This document shows, in pieces, positions 39,790 to 52,407 of a stretch of 64,000 bases of DNA. Each line of letters begins with the position of its first letter. Within the stretch, counting starts at the first letter, position 1. The notes below the pieces were generated by a model. The model ran no database searches and was not told where the DNA came from. It was given only the letters and a program-made list of their open reading frames with translations. Origin of the DNA: Octopus vulgaris (lineage: Eukaryota); contig OX597832.1 in assembly GCA_951406725.2 (NCBI GenBank), positions 43,896,001-43,960,000 of the forward strand. The letters run 5' to 3'. A program made the position numbers and the translations under genes.

Positions 39790-40225
39790 TTTGGTGGTAA
39801 GAAGTTTCCTTCTTGGTTCAGTCCCACTGTGTGGAACCTTGGGCAAATGTCTTCTATTATAGCCCAAGGCCGATCAAAGCCTTGTGAGTGGATTCGGTAG
39901 ATGGAAACTGAAAGAAGCCCATCGTATATATGTGTTTGTGTGTGTGTGTGTATGACTTTGTGCCTCTGTGTGTGTGTGAGTGTGTGTGTGTGTGCGCGTG
40001 TGTGTATGTGTGTATGATTTTGTGTCTGTGTTTGTCCACCACTACTGCTTGCTAACTGGTGTTGGTGTGTTTATGTCCCAGTAGCTTAGATGTTTGGAGA
40101 CCAATAGAATAAGTAGCTGGCTTCAGAAAAAATAAGTACTGGGGTGGATTTGTTCAACTAAAATTCTTAAAGATGGTGCCCAAGCATGGCCACAGTCTAA
40201 TGACTGAAACAAATAAAAGGTAAAA
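39790..40225 (+). mobile_element. Older CORE-like SINE copy
   Basis: ggttcagtcccactgtgtggaaccttgggcaaatgtctt...tgactgaaacaaataaaag. Confidence 0.8.
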
Positions 40226-40269
40226 AATATGAATAAAGATATATATATATATGTATATATGTATATATA

Positions 40270-40308
<39 letters not shown>

Positions 40309-40500
40309 TCGCCATGATAGATCACTAGCCTCTACACATTCTTTGTTTTCTCTCCTTGCTTTTTCTGTGTTCCTTTCTGTAGAAGAGCATAGGCTCGAAA
40401 CATTAAAGACTTTTTCACTTCCCGAGCGTTAAACTAATACACCTGTTTGTTGTCTACACCAACAGTCTTCGTCTTTTGTTTTTTTTTTGTGAATTCTCCC
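40309..40500 (+). mobile_element. Hammerhead element copy 5 (more diverged)
   Basis: cttt-CTGTAGA-A-GAGC-atag-GCTC-GAAA-cattaaag. The 3' ctccc abuts (TA)n. Confidence 0.65.
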
Positions 40501-40597
40501 TATATATATATGTGTGTGTATATACATGTATATGTAGAAGTGTATGTATGTATATATATATATATGCATACATGCACACACATGAAAACATTTACAA

Positions 40598-40660
40598 ATT
40601 ATCATTATTATTATTATCATTATTATTATCATCATTATTATTATTATTACTATTTTATTG

Positions 40661-40694
<34 letters not shown>

Positions 40695-40702
40695 TATCAT
40701 CA

Positions 40703-40745
<43 letters not shown>

Positions 40746-40777
40746 CATCATCATTATTATTATTATTACTATTATTA

Positions 40778-40820
<43 letters not shown>

Positions 40821-40888
40821 CATCATCATCATTATTATTATCATCACTATCATTATTATTATCATTATTATCATCATCATCATCATTA

Positions 40889-40943
<55 letters not shown>

Positions 40944-40968
40944 CATCACCATCATTATTATTATTATT
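40598..40968. repeat. (ATT)n/(ATC)n compound microsatellite, about 370 bp
   Basis: Direct reading. Source of the poly-N, poly-I and poly-Y ORFs. Confidence 0.95.
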
Positions 40969-41216
40969 TGTAAATGGTTTCATGTGTTAACACCTACTTT
41001 GATCAGAATTCATCTATTGGGATGGTCTCCACTTTGAAAATGGAAAATTCATAGTTATACTTTTATGATTATAACATAAATTTTCATACGGCTCTGTTCT
41101 GTGATGCATTGTTTGGGTGTCAAAAACATATAAGTATTTTCTTATCTATCCAAAATATTTTATGGTCATTCTCTTTCTCCCTCTATCTATCTATGTATAC
41201 ATGTATATATATATAA

Positions 41217-41263
<47 letters not shown>

Positions 41264-41394
41264 CACATATATAGATATATATATATATATAGATATACAT
41301 ATATATGTATGTAGTATGTATACAGACATATATATACACACACTCACACATGCACATATATGTATATATACATTATACATACATATATTTACAT

Positions 41395-41425
<31 letters not shown>

Positions 41426-41486
41426 CACACACACACACATATATATACCCACATATATAAATATAAACACATATAAATATATATAT

Positions 41487-41547
<61 letters not shown>

Positions 41548-41644
41548 TATATATAAATATATATACACACACACATATATATATAAATATATATATGTAT
41601 ACACACATAAATAAATGCATACATAATATATATATATATATATA

Positions 41645-42726
41645 TCATCATCATCATCATCATCATTTAGCGTCCGTTTTCCATGCTAGCATGGGTTGGA
41701 CGGTTCAACTGGGGTCTGGGGAGCCCGAAGGCTGCACCAGGCCAGTCAGATCTGGCAGTGTTTCTACAGCTGGATGCCCTTCCTAACGCCAACCACTCCG
41801 AGAGTGTAGTGGGTGATTTTATGTGCCACCGACACAGGTGCCAGACGAGGCTGGCGAACGGCCACGCTCGGATGGTGTTTTTATGTGCCACCGACACAGG
41901 TGCCAGACGAGGCTGGCAGACGGCCACGCTCGGATGGTGTTTTTATGTGCCACCGACACAGGTGCCAGACGAGGCTGGCAGACGGCCACGCTCGGATGGT
42001 GTTTTTATGTGCCACCGACACAGGTGCCAGATGAGGCTGGCGGACGGCCACGATCGGATGGTGTTTGTTACGTCCCCAAAGCACGGAGGCCAGTCTATGC
42101 GGTACTGGCTACGGCCACGTTCGGATGATTTTCTTGTGTGCCACCGGCACTGGTACCACAAAGATACAAATTCCATTTATGTTCATCTATTTTGATTTGA
42201 TTTGATTTGATTTGATTTTCACTTGCCTCAACAGGTCTTCACAAGTGTCACAAGAAGGAAGGTATGCACAGGTGGACTGTCTACGTCGCCGGGTCTTCGG
42301 ATGGTGTCTTTATGTGCCACCGACACAGGTGCCAGATGTGGCTGGCGAACGGCCACGATCGGATGGTTTTCTTGTGTGCCACCGGTACTGGAACCACAAA
42401 GATACAAATTCCATTGATGTTCATCTATTTTGATTTGGTTTGATTTTGATTTTGATTTTTTGATTTTCACTTGCCTCAACAGGTCTTCACAAGTGTCACG
42501 CGTGTCACACACTTGCCTCAACAGGTCTCCACAAGTGTCACACACTTGCCTCTGCCTCAACAGGTCTTCACAAAGTGTCACACACTTGCCTCTGCCTCAA
42601 CAGGACTTCACAAGTGTCATAAGAGGGAAGGTATGCACAGGTGGACTGACTACGTCGCCGGGTCTTTGGATGGTGTTTTTATGTGCCACCGACACAGGTG
42701 CCAGGTGAGGCTGGCGAACGGCCACG

Positions 42727-42729
<3 letters not shown>
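41645..42729 (-). mobile_element. Composite (GAT)n-tailed retroposon containing a 62-bp tandem array and nested duplications
   Basis: About four copies of ttttatgtgccaccgacacaggtgccagacgaggctggcagacggccacgctcggatggtgt at 41818-42066, repeated cacttgcctcaacaggtcttcacaagtgtca units, flanked by TA tracts. Confidence 0.8.
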
Positions 42730-42770
<41 letters not shown>

Positions 42771-43765
42771 TATATACATACACACATATATATACTATAT
42801 TTATATATACATATATACCTACATATATAAGTGCGTGTGTGTGTGTGTGTGTGCCAGTACATACATACATACATACCAAAGCACATACATATGCCAAATA
42901 ACTTGCCTGAAATATATATTTGAAATAATCGATATTTTCCATTCTTAACCTAATGAAGTGTGGCTTTTATTTTGAAATTAATAGAAGCAAAAGTGCCTAA
43001 CATGTTAATTTCATTTTCTTAATTTTCTTTTCCTTTTTTTCATCTTTTTCCTTTTTTTTTTATGTCCACCAAACTTCTCTAAAATCTGTTAAAATGTTCA
43101 GACAAAAAAATTCTAATTAGTGTTAGAAGAGTGAATATTGTGGTGCAAACTATTCAAATATTGGGTTTGTGTGTTTTATAAACATCTTTGCAATATAATA
43201 CGTGACAGCATTAATATATGTTTTTTTTTCCGATGTTTTATTTATTTATTTTTTTATTTCCTTTACTTCCTGTTTTAAAATTGAATAGATTACTTAATAG
43301 ATTGACAAGGAAAAGAAATCAAAACAAATCAAAAACAGTAAAAAATAATACACAAAAAAGAAAAAAATCATGGACACAGTTTAGAGACTTTTAGTTGATC
43401 AAATCTACTAAATAAATATTGAGTCTATTTGAGAGAGGACACGGTAATTTGAACCAATGGATTAAGCATTCTAATAGCAAGCAAATGTTAAGGTTGCTAG
43501 TCACTGCCCTACCATGATAGAATTTCCTCCTTAATTCTTAATATCCTATTGAAAATTTTCAAAGTCCTGGCTTGTAATTTATTCTGTCATAGAACAAACA
43601 TGAATGATAGAAGGGAGCTAGAATTTTCTCTCTAAAATAGTTCACTTCCCAACTACATGAGTCCAGGTTCACACCCACTGCATGACACCTTTGGCAAGTG
43701 TCTTCTATTGTTAATTTGGTTGACAGAAACTGAAAGAAATCCATCATACACACACACATATATAT

Positions 43766-43832
<67 letters not shown>

Positions 43833-43890
43833 CCAACCCATGCTAGCATGGAAAGTGGACGTTAAACGACGACGATGACAACGATATATA

Positions 43891-44028
43891 TTGGAGGTGC
43901 AATGGCCCAGTGGTTAGGGCAGCGGACTCGCGGTTGTAGGATCGCGGCTTCGATTCCCAGACCGGGCGTTGTGAGTGTTTATTGAGCAAAAACACCTAAA
44001 GCTCCACAAGGCTCTGGCAGGTGGTGGG
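43891..44028 (+). mobile_element. tRNA-derived SINE head (OR1-like)
   Basis: tggcccagtggttagggcagcggactcgcgg...gcttcgattccc with A and B boxes, followed by SINE body rather than a tRNA 3' acceptor. Confidence 0.75.
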
Positions 44029-44029
44029 T

Positions 44030-44215
44030 GTATTTCGTCTGCTGTTACGTTCTGAGTTCAAATTCCACCGAGGTCGACTTTCCCTTTCATCCTTTCGGGG
44101 TCGATTAAATAAGTACCAGTTACGCACTGGGATCGATATAATCGACTTAATCCATTTGTCTGTCCTTGTTTGTCCTCTCTGTGTTTAGCCCCTTGTGGGT
44201 AGTAAAGAAATAGGT
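44030..44215 (+). mobile_element. Nin-like SINE body unit
   Basis: tatttcgtctgctgttacgttctgagttcaaattccaccgaggtcgactttccctttcatcctttcggggtcg...gtaaagaaatagg. Confidence 0.8.
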
Positions 44216-44313
44216 ACTATACTATTTTGACCTGCAGTAGTGTATTATACTGAGATTTACACAAGCAAAAGATGTTGTATAATGTGTGTTATATCATGGT
44301 ATATTTGTACAAA

Positions 44314-44655
44314 AGAGCTGCATGATTCAGTGGTTAGAGCATCAGGCTCACAATCATAAGGTAGTGAGTTCAATTCCTGGACCAGGCTGTGTGTTGTGTT
44401 CTTGAGCAAGGCACTTTATTTCATGTTGCTCCAGTTCACTCAGTTGTAAAAATGAGTTGTGATGTCACTGGTGCCAAGCTGTATCAGCCTTTGCCTTTCC
44501 CTTGGATAACACTGGGGCATGTAGAGGGGAGGCTGGTATGCATGGGTGACTGCTGGTCTCCCATAAACAACCTTATCTGGACTTGTGCCTCGGAGAGGAA
44601 CTTTCTAGGTGCAATCCTATGGTCAGTCATGACTGAAGGGAGTCTTCACCCTTTA
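44314..44655 (+). mobile_element. tRNA-derived SINE of another family
   Basis: tgattcagtggttagagc...gagttcaattcc head and gtgttcttgagcaaggcacttt body. A related fragment lies at about 57890-58010 on the minus strand. Confidence 0.7.
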
Positions 44656-44702
44656 AGTAGTAGGCCGTCTCTCTATATCAATGATGATTGTTCATATGTA
44701 TA

Positions 44703-45007
44703 GTTTGTTTGTTCCTTCTCGAGCCATCCCTGGCTCATAAGGGCCGGTTTCCTGGTTTCCGTGGCATATAAGTTCCCCACCTAGATGGGACGCCGGTCCG
44801 TCGCAGGTGAGCTGCAAGATGCAGGAGGAAAGAGTGAGAGAAAGTTGTGGCGAAGGAGTCAGCAGAAGTTCGCCATTACCTTCTGCCGGAGCTTGCTGGA
44901 GCTTAGGTGTTTTGCTCATAAACACACACATCACCCGATCTGAGATTTGAAACCGCGATCCCTCGACCACAAGTCCACTGCTCTAACCACTAGGCCATGT
45001 GCCTCCA
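44703..45007 (-). mobile_element. Meta-like tRNA-derived SINE, full length
   Basis: Same head and body as 24220-24484, with the native tail ccagggatggctcgagaaggaacaaacaa. Confidence 0.75.
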
Positions 45008-45296
45008 CTCATATGTATAGTCACAAATCATAGCATTACTCATAGAATTACTCTCCTTCATGGTGTCCTGTCTTGGACTGCTATAAATAGTGCAAGATTT
45101 TAATTTCAGGTTTTTATAGGCAGAGGCATGGTTGGGTGGTAAGAAGTTTGCTTCCCAACCACATGATTCTGGGTTCAGTCCCACTGTGTGGCACCTTGAT
45201 CAAATGTCTTCTACTATAACCTCCTGGTCATTGCCTGAGTTACTGGTGCCTTCGGTCAGCCCCATCTTCAGATGAGAGCCCAAACACCTTGTCTAT

Positions 45297-45698
45297 ACTC
45301 TTTTACTTGTTTCAGTCATTTGACTGCGGCCATGCTGGAGCACCGCCTTTAGTCGAGCAAATCGACCCCGGGACTTATTCTTTTGTAAGCCCAGTACATA
45401 TTCTATCGGTCTCTTTTGCCGAACCGCTAAGTAACGGGGGCATAAACACACCAGCATCAGATGTCAAGCAATACTAGGAGGACAAACACAGACACAAACA
45501 CACACACGCATATATATATATATATACATATATACAACGGGCTTCTTTCAGTTTCCGTCCACCAAATCCACTCACAAGGCTTTGGTCGGCCCGAGGCTAT
45601 AGTAGAAGACACTTGCCCAAGGTGCCACGCAGTGGGACTGAACCCGGAACCATGTGGTTGGTAAACAAGCTACCTACCACACAGCCACACCTTCGCCT
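45297..45698 (-). mobile_element. Full-length CORE-like SINE
   Basis: Complete, reverse orientation. Confidence 0.9.
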
Positions 45699-47779
45699 GT
45701 CTATAAAATTTTTATCTATAGATCAATAAATAGAAATATGTGCAAAAGATTTACAAAATGTAGAGATATATAAGGAGAGAATGATTTATTGCATATACAA
45801 GGATAAATCCATTGCTCAAATGTGAAAATTATGCAGATGATGTAAGGGCTATTGGTATCAAATATAAAATGTTAATTATAAAATATAACATAAATTATAT
45901 AATGTAAGATTCATTTGAAAATATGAGATCTAAGATCCATTGACTATACAATATAAATCTAATGGATGTATTTTGGACAACAAAAGGACTGTTGCTGAGA
46001 ATGGAAAACCAGTAGATTAGGTTAACAAATGAGACAACTTAGATAATATATTCTTGTTATAACGTGGTGATAAAAATTGGATGAAATGAAACAAGTGCAA
46101 TGAAGTGGAATTAGATTATTAAATGGGAAAAATTCCAAGAAGAAATATGAATTTCAAAACCAAAAAGAAATTTTTGTAAGAACCTAACAGATTTCGGAAT
46201 AGATATGAGTGTGAAAGGATGAATTTGTAGATCTAAACAGCAAAATGACAGTAAGGAACAAATGAATTTAACGGTGGATGTTGGTGTTTAGGAAGTTGAA
46301 AATAAAGGAAACTAGCAACAGAAAAAGATAGTTTAATCAATAGCGTATTGTGATTGGAAAATACTACTTAATCAATAGTACTAGAATTACAGGAAGATAA
46401 AATGATAGGAAGACAATATTTCATTAATAGTACACAGCAAAAGCAAAAGACAAATGTTTAATCTATAATTCCTAACAGAAGTTCCTAACAACATTATATC
46501 ATACATGATTTTAAAATCTATTCATTCTGTTTACGTACGATATTTATTCAAAAATATAACAATCAGACAAGACAAGATGGCTTGAGTGAAAGACAAGAGT
46601 TTTATATGATTCGAGCAAGGTAGGAGTGAGAGAGAGAGAGTGTGTATGAGTGAGAGAGAGAGGGAGTGTGTATGAGGGAGAGGAGGAGAAAGAGAGAGAA
46701 AGAGAGGGTAGGAGGGAGAAAAAGGAAGGGGGTAAATCTATAAACAGATACTGAAAGAAGAAAGAGAGACGGAAATAGTCAGGGTGACTGTGTTGTGAAG
46801 AGAGACAATGTGTGAAAGACACTGAGACAGATGTATGGGGACATATAACAATAAAAAGCATATGTGCACAGACATATAAAAACATATATATATATATAAT
46901 TATATGTGTGTGCGTGCACACACAGACACACACACAGACACATATGCATGAAGGCAAACAACTAGAAAGACAGAAAGTTGAATGTACATAAGACAGATAA
47001 ACAGATCGTTTAGAGAAAGGGACACCTATTGAAAGATAAAGAGACGGACATATATAGAGAGAGAGTGAGAAAGCAAGAGAGAGACAGAGACAGAGACAGA
47101 GACAGAGACAGAGACAGAGACAGACAGACACACTGCGACACACAGATGGACACAGAGAGGGGAAAGCGATCGGCAAACAAAGAAATATATTTCGAGAGAG
47201 GAAACACTGAAAGAGAAATGGCCAAACATAGAGAGATATATATATATATAAAGACACATACAGAAAGACAGACTGGTTCGCACACTGATAGATAGATGGA
47301 CATATAAATATAAATGCAAATAGTGCAAAGGACAGACTGGAAAAGGTAATGATATATTTAGCAAGGTAGGATTAGCAGCTTAAAAGTGCAATTAATGAAA
47401 ATAAAACAAGCAGGAATTTTTGTTTTACTTTTTTACATATAACCAATCACTTAAAAGATTTCCTTCCCGTCCTCTCAGAAAAACCATTCTAATTACTATT
47501 GCTTCTGTCTTTGACATCCAGAAACGCCATGAGAACATAGGAATTTGGTAGACAGTCGGACTAGACGCATTATATGCCCACTTTGTTTTAAGGTCAAATC
47601 TTGAAGGGAATGACTTCACTCTTACTTCCTTTGGGTGGGGTCAAGAAAATATGCTATGCATCGATAAAATTCCAATGACCAAACATTTCTCTATATTTGA
47701 AGTGTTCTTTAAGAATAAACCATCTTCTGTATTCTAGACCAAAGAAATTAATATGAAGAACACTGGAAATAAACAAACA

Positions 47780-48180
47780 GGCACAGGGGTGGCTGTGTGG
47801 TAAGTAGCTTGTTTACCAACCACATGGTTCCGGGTTCAGTCCCACTGCGTGGCACCTTGGGCAAGTGTCTTCTACTATAGCCTCGGGCCGACCAAAGCCT
47901 TGTGAGTGGATTTGGTAGACGGAAACTCAAAGAAGCCTGTCGTATATATGTATATATATATATATGTGCGTGTATGTTTGTGTGTCTGTGTTTGTCCCCC
48001 TAGCATTGCTTGACAACCGATGCTGGTGTGTTTATGTCCCCGTCACTTAGCGGTTTGGCAAAAGAGACCGATAGAATAAGTACTGGGCTTACAAAGAATA
48101 AGTCCCGGGGTCGAGTTGCTCGAGTAAAGGCGGTGCTCCAGCATGGCCGCAGTCAAAATGACTGAAACAAGTAAAAAGAA
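47780..48180 (+). mobile_element. Full-length CORE-like SINE
   Basis: Complete. Confidence 0.9.
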
Positions 48181-48299
48181 AGAAACAAACAAACAAAAAA
48201 TTTCCAAATTCTCACTTAACTTATTCTAATTTTATTCTATTTTATATATTTTTTTTTATCTCTTGCTGGGTCTGGAGGCTGGGTCTTGTATAGCCTTCA

Positions 48300-48690
48300 T
48301 AAGCTCTCCAAGATTGGTGATACTGATGCCATTAATATTCCTCTTGAGCTGCTATAAGTCAACAATTGTGGAAAAGGTACGAGCAGGAAGAAAGTTCCAG
48401 AGAGCTGACATTCTGAGACTGAAGAACTGAGCATAGGGACTAGTGTGAGGCATAATGGATTAGACACAACAAGAGTGATAAGAAGAAGAAGAAGAAGAGA
48501 GAGACAATGAGGTCAGGAATGCCTTAGTAGAAAAGGTTATGAGTCCAACAGCTCTAAGATGCAGAGGCCATTATACTAGCAGTAGAGAAAGCTGAGAGGA
48601 GAGACCAGAAGCTGAGAGTATATCTGTGAGTAACTTTATACCAGTCAGTCATGGTGTAGCAGCCAAATTCCCTCCACTAAATGGCAATAA
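48300..48690 (-). pseudogene. Decayed LINE ORF2 C-terminus (CR1/Jockey group)
   Basis: Minus strand reads FYC*YNGLC..ELL and HTSPYAQFFSLRMSALWNFLPARTFSTIVDL*QLKRNIN (SFFxRxxxLWNxLP motif). Confidence 0.65.
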
Positions 48691-48704
48691 CATGTAAATA
48701 TTTC

Positions 48705-49120
48705 TATATTTCTTTACTGCCCATAAGGGGCTAAACATAGAGGGGATAAACAAGGACAGACAAATGGATTAAGTCAATTACATCGACCCCAGTGCGTAAC
48801 TGGTACTTTATTTATCGACCCTGAAAGAATGAAAGACAAAGTCGACCTCGGCAGAATTTGAACTCAGAACATAACGGCAGATGAAATAACTATTTCTTTA
48901 CTACCCACAAGGGGCTAAACACAGAGGGGATAAACAAGGACAAACGGATTAAGTCGATTATATCTACCCCAGTACATAACTGGTACTTAATTTATCAACC
49001 CTGAAAAGATGAAAGACAAAGTCGACCTCTGCGGAATTTGAACTCAGAACATAACAGCAGACGAAATACCGCTAAGCATTTCACCCGGCATGCTAACGTT
49101 TCTGCCAGCTCGCTGCCTTA
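48705..49120 (-). mobile_element. Nin-like SINE, head plus two tandem bodies
   Basis: Same architecture and junction as 18472-18884. Confidence 0.8.
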
Positions 49121-49800
49121 TAGGTTTCAACTACAATATCAGCAGACTGTGACCACGTTTTAACAAATTCTATCATTGCTGCACCACCAAAGTGAACTAG
49201 CTGTGAGTACATGCACTAAAACAATTTAAGCCTTTTGTGACCCTGTTTTAAATGAATTACACAAGCCACGTGTTTCAATTAATTTTGAAAATAATCAAGA
49301 ATTTGCTCTTACTCTTTTACTTGTTTCAGTCATTTTGACTGTGGCCATGCTGGAACAATAAAAACATACAGATAGATGGACAATACAAAGACAGACAAGA
49401 AAACCAGGATGGAACATTCATGGCTTTCTATTCATCAGTCAAGTTTCCAATTGTCATTACAGTTTTGGCCTGTCACACCTGAGACTGTTCAAAATTGGTA
49501 GGCTCCAAAAGTCTAAGCTAAGGGCATTAAATTTTTGGAAGAATGCGAGTCAATATGTGTGATAATACGGACAAAAAAAATGAGAAAACAGAAATTTTAC
49601 ACGATTACAAATACAAAAAACAAGAATAACAACAGGTGTCTTTCGACTAAAAGAACAAGTTAGGTTAAGCTGGTGTGTGAAGTGGAAGCCTTGTGGCATA
49701 ATTTTATGTGAATGTGTGTGTATTTGTCTCCCACCTCTGCTTGACAACTGTGTTGGTATATTTACATCTCTGCAACTTGGCAGTTTGTCTAAGAAGAAGA

Positions 49801-50070
49801 TCATCATCATCATCATCATCATCATCATCGTTTAACGTCCGTTCTCCATGCTAGCATGGGTTGGACGGTTCGACCGGGGTCTGGGAAGCCAGAAGGCTGC
49901 ACCAGGCTCCAGTGTCTGATCTGGCAGTGTTTCTACAGCTGGATGCCCTTCCTAATGCCAACCACTCCATGAGTGTAGTGGGTGCTTTATACGTGCCACC
50001 GGCACAGGTGCCAGCGGAGACTGGCAGCAGTCACGATCGGTTGGTGCTTTTTACGTGCCACCGGCACAGA
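49801..50070 (-). mobile_element. (GAT)n-tailed SINE-like retroposon
   Basis: catcatcgtttaacgtccgttctccatgctagcatggg... Confidence 0.8.
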
Positions 50071-50716
50071 AGCGAGAGATAGAATAAGTAACAGGTTTAA
50101 AAAGCGACAAAATAATCACAGGGGGGGGGGGGGCAATTCATTTGACTAAAATTTCTTCATGGAGGTGTCCTAGCATGACCGCAGTCTAATGATCAAAACA
50201 AGCAAAAGACAGAAGATTATAAGTATAGCGTGTTTCAAGAGAACTTGACTGCTATTTCTAGCAGTCTGTTCAGCTGCTCAACACCGCAGCCAAACTTCCT
50301 TTTAATTAATTGGGACTGTCTGTTTGAAGTCCTAAATGTCAGTCCTAAAATAAAGATGAAATGGTCATGACTGGAACGGCACAAACCGAAAGCTACATCA
50401 ATCGTCTGCCATCAGGCTATAAGTCTACTCTGCAAGACCTGAGCAACACCACCACCACCACCGCTGACAACAACAATGGTAAGAACAACAACAACAGCAA
50501 CAACAATATTGCCATAATGTGATCTATTCTGTAGAAACCATAGTAACAGAAATGAACTTTAATCCTAGTAAAGTGTTGATTAGGTAATTAAATTAAGACA
50601 ATGTAATTATTCTAAAGTAAAGAACTCAGATTTATTTTAATGATAAAAGTTTTTACACTATCACTATTATTACTATCAGTTATACACTGATATAGAAGAT
50701 ACCGAAAATATTTAGA

Positions 50717-50750
<34 letters not shown>

Positions 50751-51060
50751 CTATATATATATATATATACGTACGTATCATATAAAATAATATATATAAT
50801 CATCAACATCATCATTTAATGTCATATATATATGTATGCATGTATGTATGTATGTATGCATATATATTGGACGAAATAATATATCTATATAATATATAAA
50901 TGACTATATGTGTGTATATATATATTGATGAATAAATGTATACATACATACATGTATACATATATACACGTATGCATATATACATGTATACATATATACA
51001 TGTATACATACATACATATATACATGTATAGATATATACATGTATACATACATATATGTA

Positions 51061-51096
<36 letters not shown>

Positions 51097-51097
51097 T

Positions 51098-51216
51098 ATC
51101 ACCGTGATCACCGTGACCGACCAGGCTATCAGATGTTGCTACACATCGCTGGTCACAATGCGCTTCGCATTGTTTTAGCCTTCAAATGATGCCACCCCGC
51201 TGGCTAAGCGAGCAGG

Positions 51217-51220
<4 letters not shown>
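51098..51220 (-). mobile_element. 5'-truncated atcaccgtg-tailed (OR1-like) SINE inserted in (TA)n
   Basis: Matches 24018-24140 and 15223-15338. Confidence 0.75.
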
Positions 51221-51262
<42 letters not shown>

Positions 51263-51526
51263 TTATTTTTTACATGTTTCAGCTATTGGTCTGTAGCCAT
51301 GCTGGAGCACCATCTTGAAGAGTTTAGTTGAACAAATCAATCCAATATTTATTTTAAAGCCTAGTTTTTATTCTATTGCATCTTTTGCTGGGCTGTTAGG
51401 TCAGAGGGTCATAAACAAACCAACACCAGTTGTTAAGCAGTGGTGAAGAACAAAAACAAAATGAACACACACACACACACATTTTTTATAATCACTTGTC
51501 AAATAATTTGTTAAAATTATACAATG

Positions 51527-51801
51527 CGCAGGAGTGGCTGTGTGGTAAGTAGCTTGCTAACCAACCACATGGTTCCGAGTTCAGTCCCACTGCGTGGGAC
51601 CTTGGCAAGTGTCTTCTGCTATAGCCTCGGGCCGACCAATGCCTTGTGAGTGGATTTGGTAGACGGAAACTGAAAGAAGCCTGTCGTATATATGTATATA
51701 TATATAAGCGTGTGTGTGTATATGTTTGTGTGTCTGTGTTTGTCCCCCTAGCATTGCTTGACAACCGGTGCTGGTGTGTTTACGTCCCCGTCACTTAGCG
51801 G
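51527..51801 (+). mobile_element. CORE-like SINE, 3'-truncated
   Basis: Head and internal microsatellite, breaking at cacttagcgg. Confidence 0.85.
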
Positions 51802-51990
51802 GTATCTGGCTGTAGAAAATCTGTCTCAATGAACTCTTTCTCACCTTAGCAAGCATGGACAGGTGCATGTTAAAAACAATGATGATGATGATGACAATGA
51901 GGATTCATTTATAAGATTTCTACCATTTTGGTATGTGTGGAATAAATCTGTCAAAAGGGACATATCGAGTTCATTTTGTCCCATTTGCAT

Positions 51991-52407
51991 TACTCTTTTA
52001 CTCTTTTACTTGTTTCAGTCATTTGATTGTGGCCATGCTGGAGCACTGCCTTTAGTCAAGTAAATCGACCCCAGGACTTATTCTTTGTAAGCCTAGTACT
52101 TATGCTATCGGTCTCTTTTGCCGAACCGCTAAGTTACAGGGACATAAACACACCACCATCGGTTGTCAAGTGATGTTGGGGGAACAAACATAGACACACA
52201 AACATATACACACACACATACATATGTATATATACATATATACGACGGGCTTCTTTCAGTTTCCGTCTACCAAATCCACTCACAAGGCTTTGGTCGACCT
52301 GAGGCTATAGTAGAAGACACTTGTCCAAGGTGCCACACAGTGGGACTGAACCCGGAACCAAGCGGTTGGTAAGCAAGCTACTTACCACACAGCCACTCCT
52401 ACACCTA
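51991..52407 (-). mobile_element. Full-length CORE-like SINE
   Basis: Complete, reverse orientation. Confidence 0.9.

Noticed and set aside
43891-43975. tRNA-like sequence
   Set aside because: Continues into SINE body sequence shared with other copies, so it is a SINE head and not a tRNA gene. Likewise 24405-24484 and 44930-45007.
49395-49490. Minus-strand CTGATGA and AAAAC-t-GTA motifs
   Set aside because: I could not build stems I and II around them, so there is not enough to call a hammerhead.
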